This document shows positions 9,306-18,428 of a DNA stretch of 42,543 bases, in pieces. Within the stretch, counting starts at the first letter, position 1. Each line of letters starts with the position of its first letter. The translations under genes and the position numbers were made by a program. The notes beneath the pieces were generated by a model, which was not told the DNA's origin, did not search any database, and saw only the letters and a program-made list of their open reading frames with translations. Location: sequence record DRR723986_591. The stretch is one strand, 5' to 3'.

Positions 9306-10190
9306 ATGACTGAAGCAGGTCTCAATCCGCGCGGCATCGGTCAACTCAAGACGCACCGCGCCGACATTGTTGCCAGTCTCCTGGCCGCAATGTTGATTGT
9401 TGCTGGGGGAGTCGTCGCGTTCCTGTTCTTACTCTGGCTGACGTCCGGGGTTGCGAAACTACCTACCGGAAGCGGCGCTGTCGTTGTTCTTATCCCCGGT
9501 GCCGAGGGCGACTCGCGAGTTGCAGTGGATAAGGTGCTTCCGCCTGGTCTCGATGAGGCTGTGGAGCTAGCCGAGCCCTCGCTCCAGCAATCTCTCGTGA
9601 CGATCAGCGGTGCCGTCGAAACGGTTGCATCTTCCCCATTGCAAGACGGTTCTTCTCAGTTGCAGGACGCTCGTGCTGGCGACATGTCTGGGGATCAGCG
9701 ACTACCTGGACCAGCAGGGAGCCTTGGCGGAGGTGTTCCGAGGTACGAACGTTGGCAGCTAAAGTTTCAGGCCGAAAGTCAGGAGCAGTACGCAGAACAA
9801 CTAGACTATTATGCTATCGAGTTGGGTTGCATCGGCGGTGATTCTAGGCAAGTAGATTACGCATCTGGTTTCAGTCAGGATCCTAAGAAACGCTCTGGTA
9901 GCAGTGCGGAGGAAAATGAGCGTGGCCGTCTCTATTTCCTTTGGCGGGGCGGTGTAGCCCTTGAGAAGTTCGATCGTCGCCTGCTTGAAGAAGCGGGTGT
10001 AAAGACGACGAGCCGCTTCGTGGTGAAATTCATTTCCAAGTCGCTTGAAGCAAAGCTGGCTGAAATTGAACAACGGCACTGCGTGTCCAACGGGAAGACA
10101 GTCCAGCAGGTTGCCAAGACAGTCTTTCAGTCTCGTAAGGTGGCTGGCGGCTACTCGTTTGTGGTCGTGGGACAGGTTTACCGGCAATGA
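9306..10190 (+). CDS. Single-pass membrane protein; paralog 2
   Basis: Shares LKT..D.VASLL, PPG, VPRYERWQLKFQA, QLD.Y.IEL, VDYA, GSSA.EN..GRL.F.WR, FDR.LL..AGV.T, QVAKTVF.SR and GGY.FVV..Q.YR with 8351-9247. Confidence 0.8.
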   Translation: MTEAGLNPRGIGQLKTHRADIVASLLAAMLIVAGGVVAFLFLLWLTSGVAKLPTGSGAVVVLIPGAEGDSRVAVDKVLPPGLDEAVELAEPSLQQSLVTISGAVETVASSPLQDGSSQLQDARAGDMSGDQRLPGPAGSLGGGVPRYERWQLKFQAESQEQYAEQLDYYAIELGCIGGDSRQVDYASGFSQDPKKRSGSSAEENERGRLYFLWRGGVALEKFDRRLLEEAGVKTTSRFVVKFISKSLEAKLAEIEQRHCVSNGKTVQQVAKTVFQSRKVAGGYSFVVVGQVYRQ

Positions 10191-10491
10191 ACTTCCGCCT
10201 GTTTGCAATCCCTAGTCTGGGCAGTTGTACCCCAATCACCTCCTTTGAGGCGCGGTGCCAATGCATCCCGGAGAATTCTAGCTAGATCGCCCTCAGAGCC
10301 TGCAAGAATCGGCTCACTCTGGTTATCATGGGGTTCTTGTCAAAAAATTTGAATCAGTAAATTTGGACTGATTCGACGGTCGCCACGGCCGCTCACGTTG
10401 GCGATTCGCTTGCTGCATTTGTTTTGAAGTTGTGGATGTATCCATCGGATCCCTTCACCCCCTGAGTACTTCTGCAAAGGAAACCCTGTAA

Positions 10492-11136
10492 ATGCCTCAG
10501 TCGGTTTACGATTGGATTGGCCTTGCCGATTACTGTGCCCTTGCATCAGTTGCGCTTTTTGGTGCGTTTTGTTGTTATCTCGTGTGGACGCGTGTTGGGC
10601 AGAAATGGTTCAAGTCGGAGGAAGAGCAAAATGCCTTCCTGGATTCGATCGAACCGGACTTGCTAGCCGGCAATTTCGAAGCCGTTGAAGAGGCTTGCAG
10701 CTCTGATCCACGTGCGGTTCCCATGTTGATCAATATTGGTGTCATGAACCATGAGATGGGTTTCGCGAAAGTGAAGCACCTGCTCATGGAACGGTTCCAG
10801 CGTGATGTGTTGGCTGATTTGGAAACAAACATCAGTTGGGTGACAACCGTTATCAAGACTGCTCCGATGCTGGGGCTGTTCGGGACGGTGACCGGGATGA
10901 TCGGTGCGTTTGCGACTTTGGCGGCAGCCCAAACCGTAGAAGCGACTGCCTTGGCCAAGGACATTAATGTTGCTCTGTACACAACCGCGATCGGCCTTTG
11001 CATTGCGATCCCGCTGGTGATGGCTCTCAACGCGGTGAACAACCGCATTCGCCATATGGAAGAACTGGTTGGCTCCGGTGTAACTCGATTCCTGGAAGGG
11101 TTTCGAGTGGGGCTGGCAAAGCGACGCGGTGGGTAG
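10492..11136 (+). CDS. exbB: MotA/TolQ/ExbB proton-channel family protein
   Basis: TAPMLGLFGTVTGMIGAF and ALYTTAIGLCIAIP TM signatures plus an N-terminal TM. ExbB cannot be separated from TolQ by eye. Confidence 0.9.
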   Translation: MPQSVYDWIGLADYCALASVALFGAFCCYLVWTRVGQKWFKSEEEQNAFLDSIEPDLLAGNFEAVEEACSSDPRAVPMLINIGVMNHEMGFAKVKHLLMERFQRDVLADLETNISWVTTVIKTAPMLGLFGTVTGMIGAFATLAAAQTVEATALAKDINVALYTTAIGLCIAIPLVMALNAVNNRIRHMEELVGSGVTRFLEGFRVGLAKRRGG

Positions 11137-11228
11137 ATTCATCCGCTCATTGCTTTGGGCACCGGGCATCAAGTTTTGTGGTTCGGTGTAACACGTCGTT
11201 TGAGTGTCTCTGAAGTCGAGGCTGAGAA

Positions 11229-11720
11229 TTGTCCAACGCTGCAACAGAAACAGAGCTCGAGCTTGGCGAAGTCGTCGAAGAAGACTTCGTGAAGCCGCGT
11301 GGTGCTGATAACGATGACGAAATGGATATCACTCCTATGATTGATATCACATTTCTGTTGCTTATCTTCTTCCTCGTGACATCCAAGATGAACGAGCAGG
11401 CTCCTGTAAACTTGCCAAAGGCTAGGCACGGGAATGTTGTGCCCGACCAGGATGCAATTGTCATCGTCATGAAACGTGGCAGTGGCGATGAGGCTGAGGT
11501 GACTAAGGGAGATGGCGGCGGCTTTTCGCAGAATATTGAACAGCAGAATGCAGAATTGGCGGAGTACATTCAGCAGGAGTTCGATGCCGGGAAGTTGAAG
11601 GTCGTAATTCGCGCCGAAGAGTCGGTGCGGCAAGGTGAGATTAGCCGGGTGAGCGAAGCAATTGGTCAATCAATGCCCGAAGGTGAGCTGATTAATTTCG
11701 CCACCATGGAGCAGAATTGA
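11229..11720 (+). CDS. exbD: ExbD/TolR family protein
   Basis: MDITPMIDITFLLLIFFLV with the conserved TM Asp, VNLPKA and VVIRAE. TTG start. Confidence 0.9.
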   Translation: MSNAATETELELGEVVEEDFVKPRGADNDDEMDITPMIDITFLLLIFFLVTSKMNEQAPVNLPKARHGNVVPDQDAIVIVMKRGSGDEAEVTKGDGGGFSQNIEQQNAELAEYIQQEFDAGKLKVVIRAEESVRQGEISRVSEAIGQSMPEGELINFATMEQN

Positions 11721-11836
11721 CGTGTTGAAACCGATCCTTGGCCACTCGTAGATGAATCAATTCCCTCGCCACGCGCTGTAGAGTGTTTGGCCTTTTTAGC
11801 TGGCGTTTGCGGTCCGATTGAAGTTCGGGAACAAGT

Positions 11837-12562
11837 ATGTCCGTCAAATTTCAATGTTCATCTTGCAAGGTCGTCAAGGCCATCAATCCGAGGATGCTCG
11901 GTCGCGAGATTGCATGCCCTGACTGCGGTAGCCCCGTGCAGTTGCCCACTCAGGAGCAAATCGACGCTGCCCATCGTCGTCGCGAGCAGAAGCAGACGGC
12001 CGCAAATCTGCAAGCGGCATTGGCGGCTGCCGCACAGCGCGCCGAAGCTAAATCGAAACCTCCGCAGCCTCACGGCGATCCGGACGATGAGAAGCAGTTG
12101 GCTGCAGCCGAGGCTACTTTCACCAAGCCCAAGCCACCCAGCGGTGAGGACATGGACATGACTCCGATGGTCGATGTCACGTTCCTGCTGCTGATTTTCT
12201 TTATGGTGACCGCGTCGTTTAGTGTGCAGAAGAGTGTTTCCCGTCCGCCGCCGCGCGAAGAGGATCCCAGCACCAATGCGGTTCAGAAAGAAATAGAAGA
12301 AGAGAAAGATACCGTCGAAATTCAGATCGACGAATTCAACGCTTACAACGTAGTGACCAGCGAATGGGATCGCATTGTTGCTAGTAAGCAGGACTTGATT
12401 GTCGCTCTTGAGGAAGCTCGATCTTCCAATGGGCAGGCGGGCAAGATTGTCATCAAGGCTCATCAAGACTGTATTCATGCCTCGGTGATTGCCGCGCTAG
12501 ATGCCGGTCGTGAAGCGGAGTTTGAGAGCTTCGAAGTCAGTACGGTAGAAGAATTAGAATGA
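11837..12562 (+). CDS. exbD: ExbD/TolR family protein with N-terminal Zn-ribbon
   Basis: N-terminal CSSC-x17-CPDC, Ala/Gln-rich helical linker, then MDMTPMVDVTFLLLIFFMV and IVIKAH...VIAALDAGREA. Confidence 0.88.
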   Translation: MSVKFQCSSCKVVKAINPRMLGREIACPDCGSPVQLPTQEQIDAAHRRREQKQTAANLQAALAAAAQRAEAKSKPPQPHGDPDDEKQLAAAEATFTKPKPPSGEDMDMTPMVDVTFLLLIFFMVTASFSVQKSVSRPPPREEDPSTNAVQKEIEEEKDTVEIQIDEFNAYNVVTSEWDRIVASKQDLIVALEEARSSNGQAGKIVIKAHQDCIHASVIAALDAGREAEFESFEVSTVEELE

Positions 12563-12648
12563 TTTAGCCCAAGCTCACTGCTCCGGTGGGCAAATCGGCT
12601 GTCGAGATCCATCCTGGAATTTGACTCAACGAAGAGTAAAGTTTTTCA

Positions 12649-15600
12649 ATGTCGAAGGCTCAAAATTTTATCGATCTCCTCGTTTCGCAGGATCTTCTTG
12701 CGCCAGAAATCGTGGAGGAATTGACCCGGCAAGTTGCCGAGAGTAAAGGGAAGCTTTCACCTGAACTGCTCGCAAAATTGCTGGTCGACAATGGGCACCT
12801 GACGAAGTTTCAGGCTACCAAGTTGGTGTCGCAGATTCGTGACGGGGACGGGGCCCCCGCTGACGGTGTAAGCGACGTTGAAGATGAACTTGGGCTTGCA
12901 CCCGAAGATGGCGAGCCGGCAGCCGAAGATGGTGTCGCTGCAATCATCATCGACGAGCCTGGCGACGCCGACGAAGCGGAGGTTGTCGAAGTCGTCGATG
13001 CGGCTGAAATCGTTGACGCAGAAGAGGAAGAGATTTTTGACGTCGCTGCCGCCTCAGGATTCGATAGCGTCGCTGAAGAGGATACCTCGGAACTGGGAGC
13101 CGATGTTCCTCGACGACCCGTCAGGCCATCTACGGTTGAAGCAAAGTCCAGTCCGTGGGATTCGTTCCGGATTCTCGGCGTCGCGTGCATCTTGGTGCTC
13201 GTGGGGATTGCCGGGTTCTTTCTGATTCGAGTCTTCTTGTTGGGCAACGCGGACAAGTTGGTCGAGCAAGCGGATGCAAGCTACGAGCAACGCTCCTACG
13301 AAACCGCTTACCAGGCCTACGATGACTTCATTGTTAATTTTCCTACTGACGAACGCCAGTCGTATGCGAAGGTGCGTTCCGCGCTGGCTAAATTCCGAGA
13401 AGCGGCGGAGAAGGTTCCTGATCCAGTAAAGGGATTAGAGACAGCCCTTGAGGTTTTGCCCGACATTGCTTCCGAGGATGCTCTTCGCGATGAAGGGCAA
13501 GCCAACGACTTGGCCGGAGCCCTCATTGGACTTGCCAGCAAGTTTACCGAAAGAGCCGACGATGAATCTGAGATTCCACAGCGAAAGCTGCTGATGGGAG
13601 AAATGGATAAGCTGCTGGAGATGATCAACAATCCGCAGTTTGTCGCTAACGCTCAGCGGGAGATTCAGCGGCCAACGATTATGCGAATCATGGAAGATCG
13701 CCAGCGGATCCTGCGTGAGATCGCACGTGACGAAGAACTGGCTAAGGCGCTTGTCGAGATTGACGGGAAGTTGGGAGAGAAAGATGTGATGGGCGCGTAC
13801 AGCGTCCGAGAAGAATTGATCGCCGAGTATCCACTACTGAAAACGAGCAGCGAACTGCTCACGCGAATCCAGCAAGCAACCGGTATCCAAAAGACGCTGG
13901 TAGTGCCCAGCTCGATCACACCTCGAATGATCGACAATGCGATCGAGGCAGAGAAGGGCGGACGTATTGTAGTTTCCAACCGCTTCGGTGAAAAAGCGCC
14001 GTCGCTGGCCGGTAGGGTTGTAACCGTCCGTGCTAAGGGATCAATTTACGGATTGGACGGCGAGACAGGCGGCGTCCTATGGCGGCAGTTCGTTGGTCGT
14101 GGGCTGGATAGTTACCCAGTTGCACTTGGCGAAGGGCCCGGGGTCGACTTTGCACTAGCCGATCCAGCCACCGGTGTTGTCTCGCGAGTAGCCGCCAAGT
14201 CGGGCGATATCGTCTGGAGTGTTGACATTGGCACCCCAATCAATGTGCCCGTCTACGAAAGCGAAAATCTATTCATATCAACAAGCGATGGATCGGTGAT
14301 CTGTCTTGATGCTGCTGGCGGTCAGACCCGGTGGGCGACCAAGTTACCGCAGGCAACTCCAGTCAGTCCTACAGTTGCATTCGGCCGTTCGCAGTTGTAC
14401 ATCCCCGGTGAACACAGCAACCTTTACGTGCTTTCTCGCGAGAATGGTGAATGTGAACAAGTTCACTACTTGGATCACCAAGCCGGAGCTCTCTCGGTTG
14501 CACCGGAGTTGTTTCAAGGGCAGTTGTTTGTTTTTGATAACATCAGTTCGAGCGTCTCCAACATTCGTTTCTTGGACATTGATAGTTCGGGCACGGTAAC
14601 AGGTGAAACGCAGGCACACGTACAAATTGCGGGCAACATTGTCGTTTCTCCGACCATCAGCGGTCGCCGGCTCTTTGTTCAGTCTGACTTGTCGGCGATC
14701 ATTGTCCTCGACGTCGAACTCAATTCAGAAGCGGAACGCGTCTCGGTGATCGGACGCGTTCCCGAAAGCGCCTCGCAGCCAACTCGCTCTTGGGCTGTCG
14801 CCGACCGCAGTAAACTCTGGGTCGCCGACGAGCGCCTGACGCAGTTCGATCTACAGGTCACATCCCAGCGCCTGGATCGGATATCCACGGTTCACGATGG
14901 CGATGTCTTTACGGGACCGCTTCAGAAATTTGATGACATTATCGTTCACTCACGACGCTTGCGAGGCAATCGTGGCGTTCGAGTTTCCGCTTTCGATACC
15001 GATCGCGAGCGTGAACTTTGGTCCGTTGATCTCGGCGTGCCTGTCGTGATGGTCCGGCCTGCCGGCGGCAATCAGTTTGACGTCGTAAACAGTGGCGGCA
15101 TGTACTTTTCGTTCGATGGATCCAAACGAATCTTCAAAACGGCTGACTTGAATCCAGGCGGTGGCAAGCCTCGAATGACCTTCGATGCACCGGTAACGCT
15201 CGACGACGGTCGTGCCGTTATGATTAACCGATCGCGCAGCAACCAATTGCTCGTTTACTCGCCTGACGCACCCAAGTTGCAGATCCTTAGCACCAGTTTG
15301 GGACAGGCAAACCTGAGTTCAGATCCTGTTGCGGTTGGGAACCTAGTCGGCATTGGCCTGGACAACGGTCAATTTGTCTTGGTTGATCCGACCACTGGAG
15401 TGCGTGCTGGTGCACCCTACCAGCCGGCTCTCGAGCCCGGCAGCGATAAAGTCGTTTGGAACCGTGGCGTTTACTTGAAAGACCAGCAAACGTTGATTGT
15501 CGCCAACGACCGTCTAAAACTCGCCCGACTTGGTGCGTCTGGTGACTTGAGAAAACTGAATGAAGTCGAATTGCAGTCACCACTGCTAGGACCTCTTTGC

Positions 15601-16056
15601 TCTGTCGGCAATGCGATCTGTGCTGTAGCGGACACCGGTGGTAGTGAAAGTCTCTTGTACTTCAATTCAAACTCGCTTGCCGCTGCTGGTAGTGTCCCGA
15701 TCGAAGGCAACGTGGTCGCTGGGCCCTTTGCTGTTGATGGCGGATGCTTGGTGCAGACCGACCGGAAACTGATGATGATCGCCAATGACCAATCGGTTGC
15801 ATGGGCCGTGGACTTCCCGCGTTCAGCGATTAGTTCGCCACCTTTGCAGGCCCAAGGGAAACTGGTTCTCACAAATCGTGTCGGGCAGCTCTTCGTCATC
15901 GACGCCGGTTCTGGTGACATAATTGGAGACTCGGACACTCGTCAAGCATTCACATCGCAGCCGATCCCAGCACGAGGTGGTGTGTTGATTGGTAGTGACG
16001 AAGGAGCAATGATGGCGTTGCCGTTGCCAACGAGTGTATCCTCAGGAGGTCAGTAG
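12649..16056 (+). CDS. Large single-pass protein: cytoplasmic helical domain, acidic linker, TM, TPR/BamD-like helices and multiple PQQ/BamB-like beta-propeller repeats
   Basis: TM ILGVACILVLVGIAGFFLI; TPR-like ADASYEQRSYETAYQAYDDFIVNFP; propeller blades IYGLDGETGGVLWR, AKSGDIVWSVDIG, CLDAAGGQTRW and FVIDAGSGDII. Confidence 0.8.
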   Translation: MSKAQNFIDLLVSQDLLAPEIVEELTRQVAESKGKLSPELLAKLLVDNGHLTKFQATKLVSQIRDGDGAPADGVSDVEDELGLAPEDGEPAAEDGVAAIIIDEPGDADEAEVVEVVDAAEIVDAEEEEIFDVAAASGFDSVAEEDTSELGADVPRRPVRPSTVEAKSSPWDSFRILGVACILVLVGIAGFFLIRVFLLGNADKLVEQADASYEQRSYETAYQAYDDFIVNFPTDERQSYAKVRSALAKFREAAEKVPDPVKGLETALEVLPDIASEDALRDEGQANDLAGALIGLASKFTERADDESEIPQRKLLMGEMDKLLEMINNPQFVANAQREIQRPTIMRIMEDRQRILREIARDEELAKALVEIDGKLGEKDVMGAYSVREELIAEYPLLKTSSELLTRIQQATGIQKTLVVPSSITPRMIDNAIEAEKGGRIVVSNRFGEKAPSLAGRVVTVRAKGSIYGLDGETGGVLWRQFVGRGLDSYPVALGEGPGVDFALADPATGVVSRVAAKSGDIVWSVDIGTPINVPVYESENLFISTSDGSVICLDAAGGQTRWATKLPQATPVSPTVAFGRSQLYIPGEHSNLYVLSRENGECEQVHYLDHQAGALSVAPELFQGQLFVFDNISSSVSNIRFLDIDSSGTVTGETQAHVQIAGNIVVSPTISGRRLFVQSDLSAIIVLDVELNSEAERVSVIGRVPESASQPTRSWAVADRSKLWVADERLTQFDLQVTSQRLDRISTVHDGDVFTGPLQKFDDIIVHSRRLRGNRGVRVSAFDTDRERELWSVDLGVPVVMVRPAGGNQFDVVNSGGMYFSFDGSKRIFKTADLNPGGGKPRMTFDAPVTLDDGRAVMINRSRSNQLLVYSPDAPKLQILSTSLGQANLSSDPVAVGNLVGIGLDNGQFVLVDPTTGVRAGAPYQPALEPGSDKVVWNRGVYLKDQQTLIVANDRLKLARLGASGDLRKLNEVELQSPLLGPLCSVGNAICAVADTGGSESLLYFNSNSLAAAGSVPIEGNVVAGPFAVDGGCLVQTDRKLMMIANDQSVAWAVDFPRSAISSPPLQAQGKLVLTNRVGQLFVIDAGSGDIIGDSDTRQAFTSQPIPARGGVLIGSDEGAMMALPLPTSVSSGGQ

Positions 16057-16058
16057 GA

Positions 16059-18347
16059 ATGGCGATAACAAATTGCCGAGGTTTACTGGTTCTGCTGTTT
16101 GCTCTTGGATTATCGCTTGTCGGTAGCAATCTTGGTGCGCAGGGGATCAAGGTTGAGGAACCTGAATTAATCGACCAAGAGCCCTTTGATCTGCTGGTCC
16201 TGAAAACGGGCGAGAGCGTCAAGGTGTTTCCATTCGGCTTTCGCACACAGCCACGAGACGTTCGGGAGAACGACCGTCTGAGCTTGGTGCTGGTGCGATT
16301 TCCCGAGCGAAAATACGAAGTGCTTTGGCGCGACGTCGAGCGCATCGACTTCTATGAACAACGCATCCGCAAGCAAGCGGAAGAGCGGATGGCTAAGAAG
16401 GACTTTATCGGAGCCTTCCAGAATCTCTCGTTCCTTCTCAACGCATACCCGGAAATGGAGGGACTTGAGTCGCTTCATCGCGAGTTCTTGCTGCTGAGTG
16501 CCGCGGATCGATTACGAGCTGGCGGCGCCGCCCAAACGCTCTCGGCCCTTGAGTCGCTTCGAGAGATGGCTCCAAGTTACCGCGAGTCGACTGTCTCAAC
16601 CGGGCTGTCTCGATCAGCCGATGCTCTCATCTTGGAATATCAGGCGGCGGGCGATCTAACCAGCGCGAAGAAGATCTTAGCTCGTGTTGAGAAAGAAGTG
16701 GATCCAAGATTGCCGGTCGTTTCCAAATGGAAAGGGCGCCTGGATACGATGGCTCGGGCCAAAATGCAGCTTGCCAAGGACTTGATGCGTCAGGGCAAGT
16801 TTCGTGAGGCTCGTAAGGCAGCAGTCGACATGTTGGGGATTCTCCCCGATTTTGAAGAAGGTCAAAATCTCATCAGCGAAATCAATCGGATCCATCCGAT
16901 GGTGCGTGTTGGTGTTATGCAGCGAAGTGGAGACCTGGATCCATCGAGTTTGGTGAACTGGCCAGCACGCAGGGCCGGTGCTTTGGTCGCCGAACCCTTG
17001 ATGAGGTTCGAAAAAACGGGTTCAGAGGGCGGCGAGTACGATTTCGCGCTTGGTTCTTTTCGATTCACTGACGACCGACGCCAGCTTTTTCTTAGTCTGG
17101 ATTCAGATCAACTTCAGCGACTCGATGCATTCGGGCTAGCCCAAGATCTTTTGCGTCGAGCAATTCCGGGGGACAGCCTGTACGATTCCTCCTGGGCCGC
17201 ATTGGTCGAATCAGTTGAAGTTGCCAGTTCGACGCAGGTTGTTGTGTCACTTCGGCAACCAAACGTTCTCCCGCAGGCATTGATGCAGTGGGTTCTGCGG
17301 GACGCCGATGGCGATTTCACTTTAAAATCTAGGTTCATCGTCAGCAGTTCTGACGAGCGCGAGACGTCTTTCAAACTTGCCGACAAGAGCGGTGCCAGCG
17401 GAGTTCCAGTCGAAGTGGTAGAGGTCTTCTACGACGACCCTAAGGAAGCCGTAAACGATCTCTTGCGGGGTGACATCGATGTGCTGGATCAGGTTTATCC
17501 GGCTGATGCCAAACGTTTGGCCAATGACCAACGTCTGCGAATTGGCAGTTACTCGTTGCCTTCGACGCATATGCTGATTCCCGTCTCCGACGATCCATTC
17601 TTGAAGAGTGCGAAGTTTCGACGCGCGCTGATGTTTGCGACCAATCGTCAAGCGATGCTTCAAGGAGAGATCTTAAATAGCGACGACGAACGCGATGGGA
17701 GATTGATCAGTGGCCCGTTTCCGATCGGTGACGGACGAAATGACTTGCTTGCCTATGCCTATGATCCAGAGATTCCGCCAATTGACTACAGCCCACCGCT
17801 TGCTCGGTTATTGATCGTCATGGCTGAGAATGAGGTGGTCAGTGCTGCGGCGCGAAAACGCGAGCCAGAACCAGAGCGCAGGAAGTTGATTGTCGGCTGC
17901 CCCGACTACGAATTCGCCAGAGTTGCCGTTCAGGGCATGATCCAGCAATGGGCCAACATTGGAGTAGAAGTCGAGATGGAGATCCTCCCGCCAGGCCGAC
18001 TGGAGAAGGAAGGTGTCGAGCTCGACCTGCTGTACGTTGTAGCGGCTCTTTGGGAACCAGTCAGCGATATCGAACGTCTGCTTGGCAGCAACGGCGTGGC
18101 CGAGACGGACGATCCGTACGTTGTTCAGGGGCTCGAAGAACTACGTAATGCATCCAACTGGCGCGAAGTTCGAGAAGCGCTTCAGAAACTACACCAGCTC
18201 GTAGATTACCATTTGCCGGTGATGCCACTGTGGCAAGTGAAGGATCAGTTTGTCGTCAACAAATACGTTGAGGGCATTCGCGACGAGCCACTTTCGCTAT
18301 ACGAGAATATTTCTCGCTGGCGAGTGAATCAATCGCAGGGCAACTAA
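16059..18347 (+). CDS. Exported protein with N-terminal TPR-like region and C-terminal ABC solute-binding protein family 5-like domain
   Basis: Signal peptide; TPR-like KDFIGAFQNLSFLLNAYP and GKFREARKAA; SBP5-like AVNDLLRGDIDVL, LKSAKFRRALMFATNRQAM, YSPPLARLL, IQQWANIGVEVEME and YHLPVMPLW. Starts 2 nt after the upstream stop. Confidence 0.75.
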   Translation: MAITNCRGLLVLLFALGLSLVGSNLGAQGIKVEEPELIDQEPFDLLVLKTGESVKVFPFGFRTQPRDVRENDRLSLVLVRFPERKYEVLWRDVERIDFYEQRIRKQAEERMAKKDFIGAFQNLSFLLNAYPEMEGLESLHREFLLLSAADRLRAGGAAQTLSALESLREMAPSYRESTVSTGLSRSADALILEYQAAGDLTSAKKILARVEKEVDPRLPVVSKWKGRLDTMARAKMQLAKDLMRQGKFREARKAAVDMLGILPDFEEGQNLISEINRIHPMVRVGVMQRSGDLDPSSLVNWPARRAGALVAEPLMRFEKTGSEGGEYDFALGSFRFTDDRRQLFLSLDSDQLQRLDAFGLAQDLLRRAIPGDSLYDSSWAALVESVEVASSTQVVVSLRQPNVLPQALMQWVLRDADGDFTLKSRFIVSSSDERETSFKLADKSGASGVPVEVVEVFYDDPKEAVNDLLRGDIDVLDQVYPADAKRLANDQRLRIGSYSLPSTHMLIPVSDDPFLKSAKFRRALMFATNRQAMLQGEILNSDDERDGRLISGPFPIGDGRNDLLAYAYDPEIPPIDYSPPLARLLIVMAENEVVSAAARKREPEPERRKLIVGCPDYEFARVAVQGMIQQWANIGVEVEMEILPPGRLEKEGVELDLLYVVAALWEPVSDIERLLGSNGVAETDDPYVVQGLEELRNASNWREVREALQKLHQLVDYHLPVMPLWQVKDQFVVNKYVEGIRDEPLSLYENISRWRVNQSQGN

Positions 18348-18428
18348 CCTCAGCCAAGATTGAATCCGCCGTAAACAGAGAACGCAGCCTGAGGCTTGGA
18401 TCGCCTGCGCCTAACCTAACGCAACACT

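Noticed and set aside
10492-12562. Flagellar MotAB or Zorya ZorAB defence motor
   Set aside because: The partners are ExbD/TolR-type with no OmpA-like peptidoglycan-binding domain. The ExbB has no long ZorA tail, and there are no zorC/D/E or flagellar genes.
12649-16056. PQQ-dependent dehydrogenase or true BamB
   Set aside because: It has an internal TM and cytoplasmic domain, no lipobox and no recognisable dehydrogenase motifs. Only the propeller repeats are shared.
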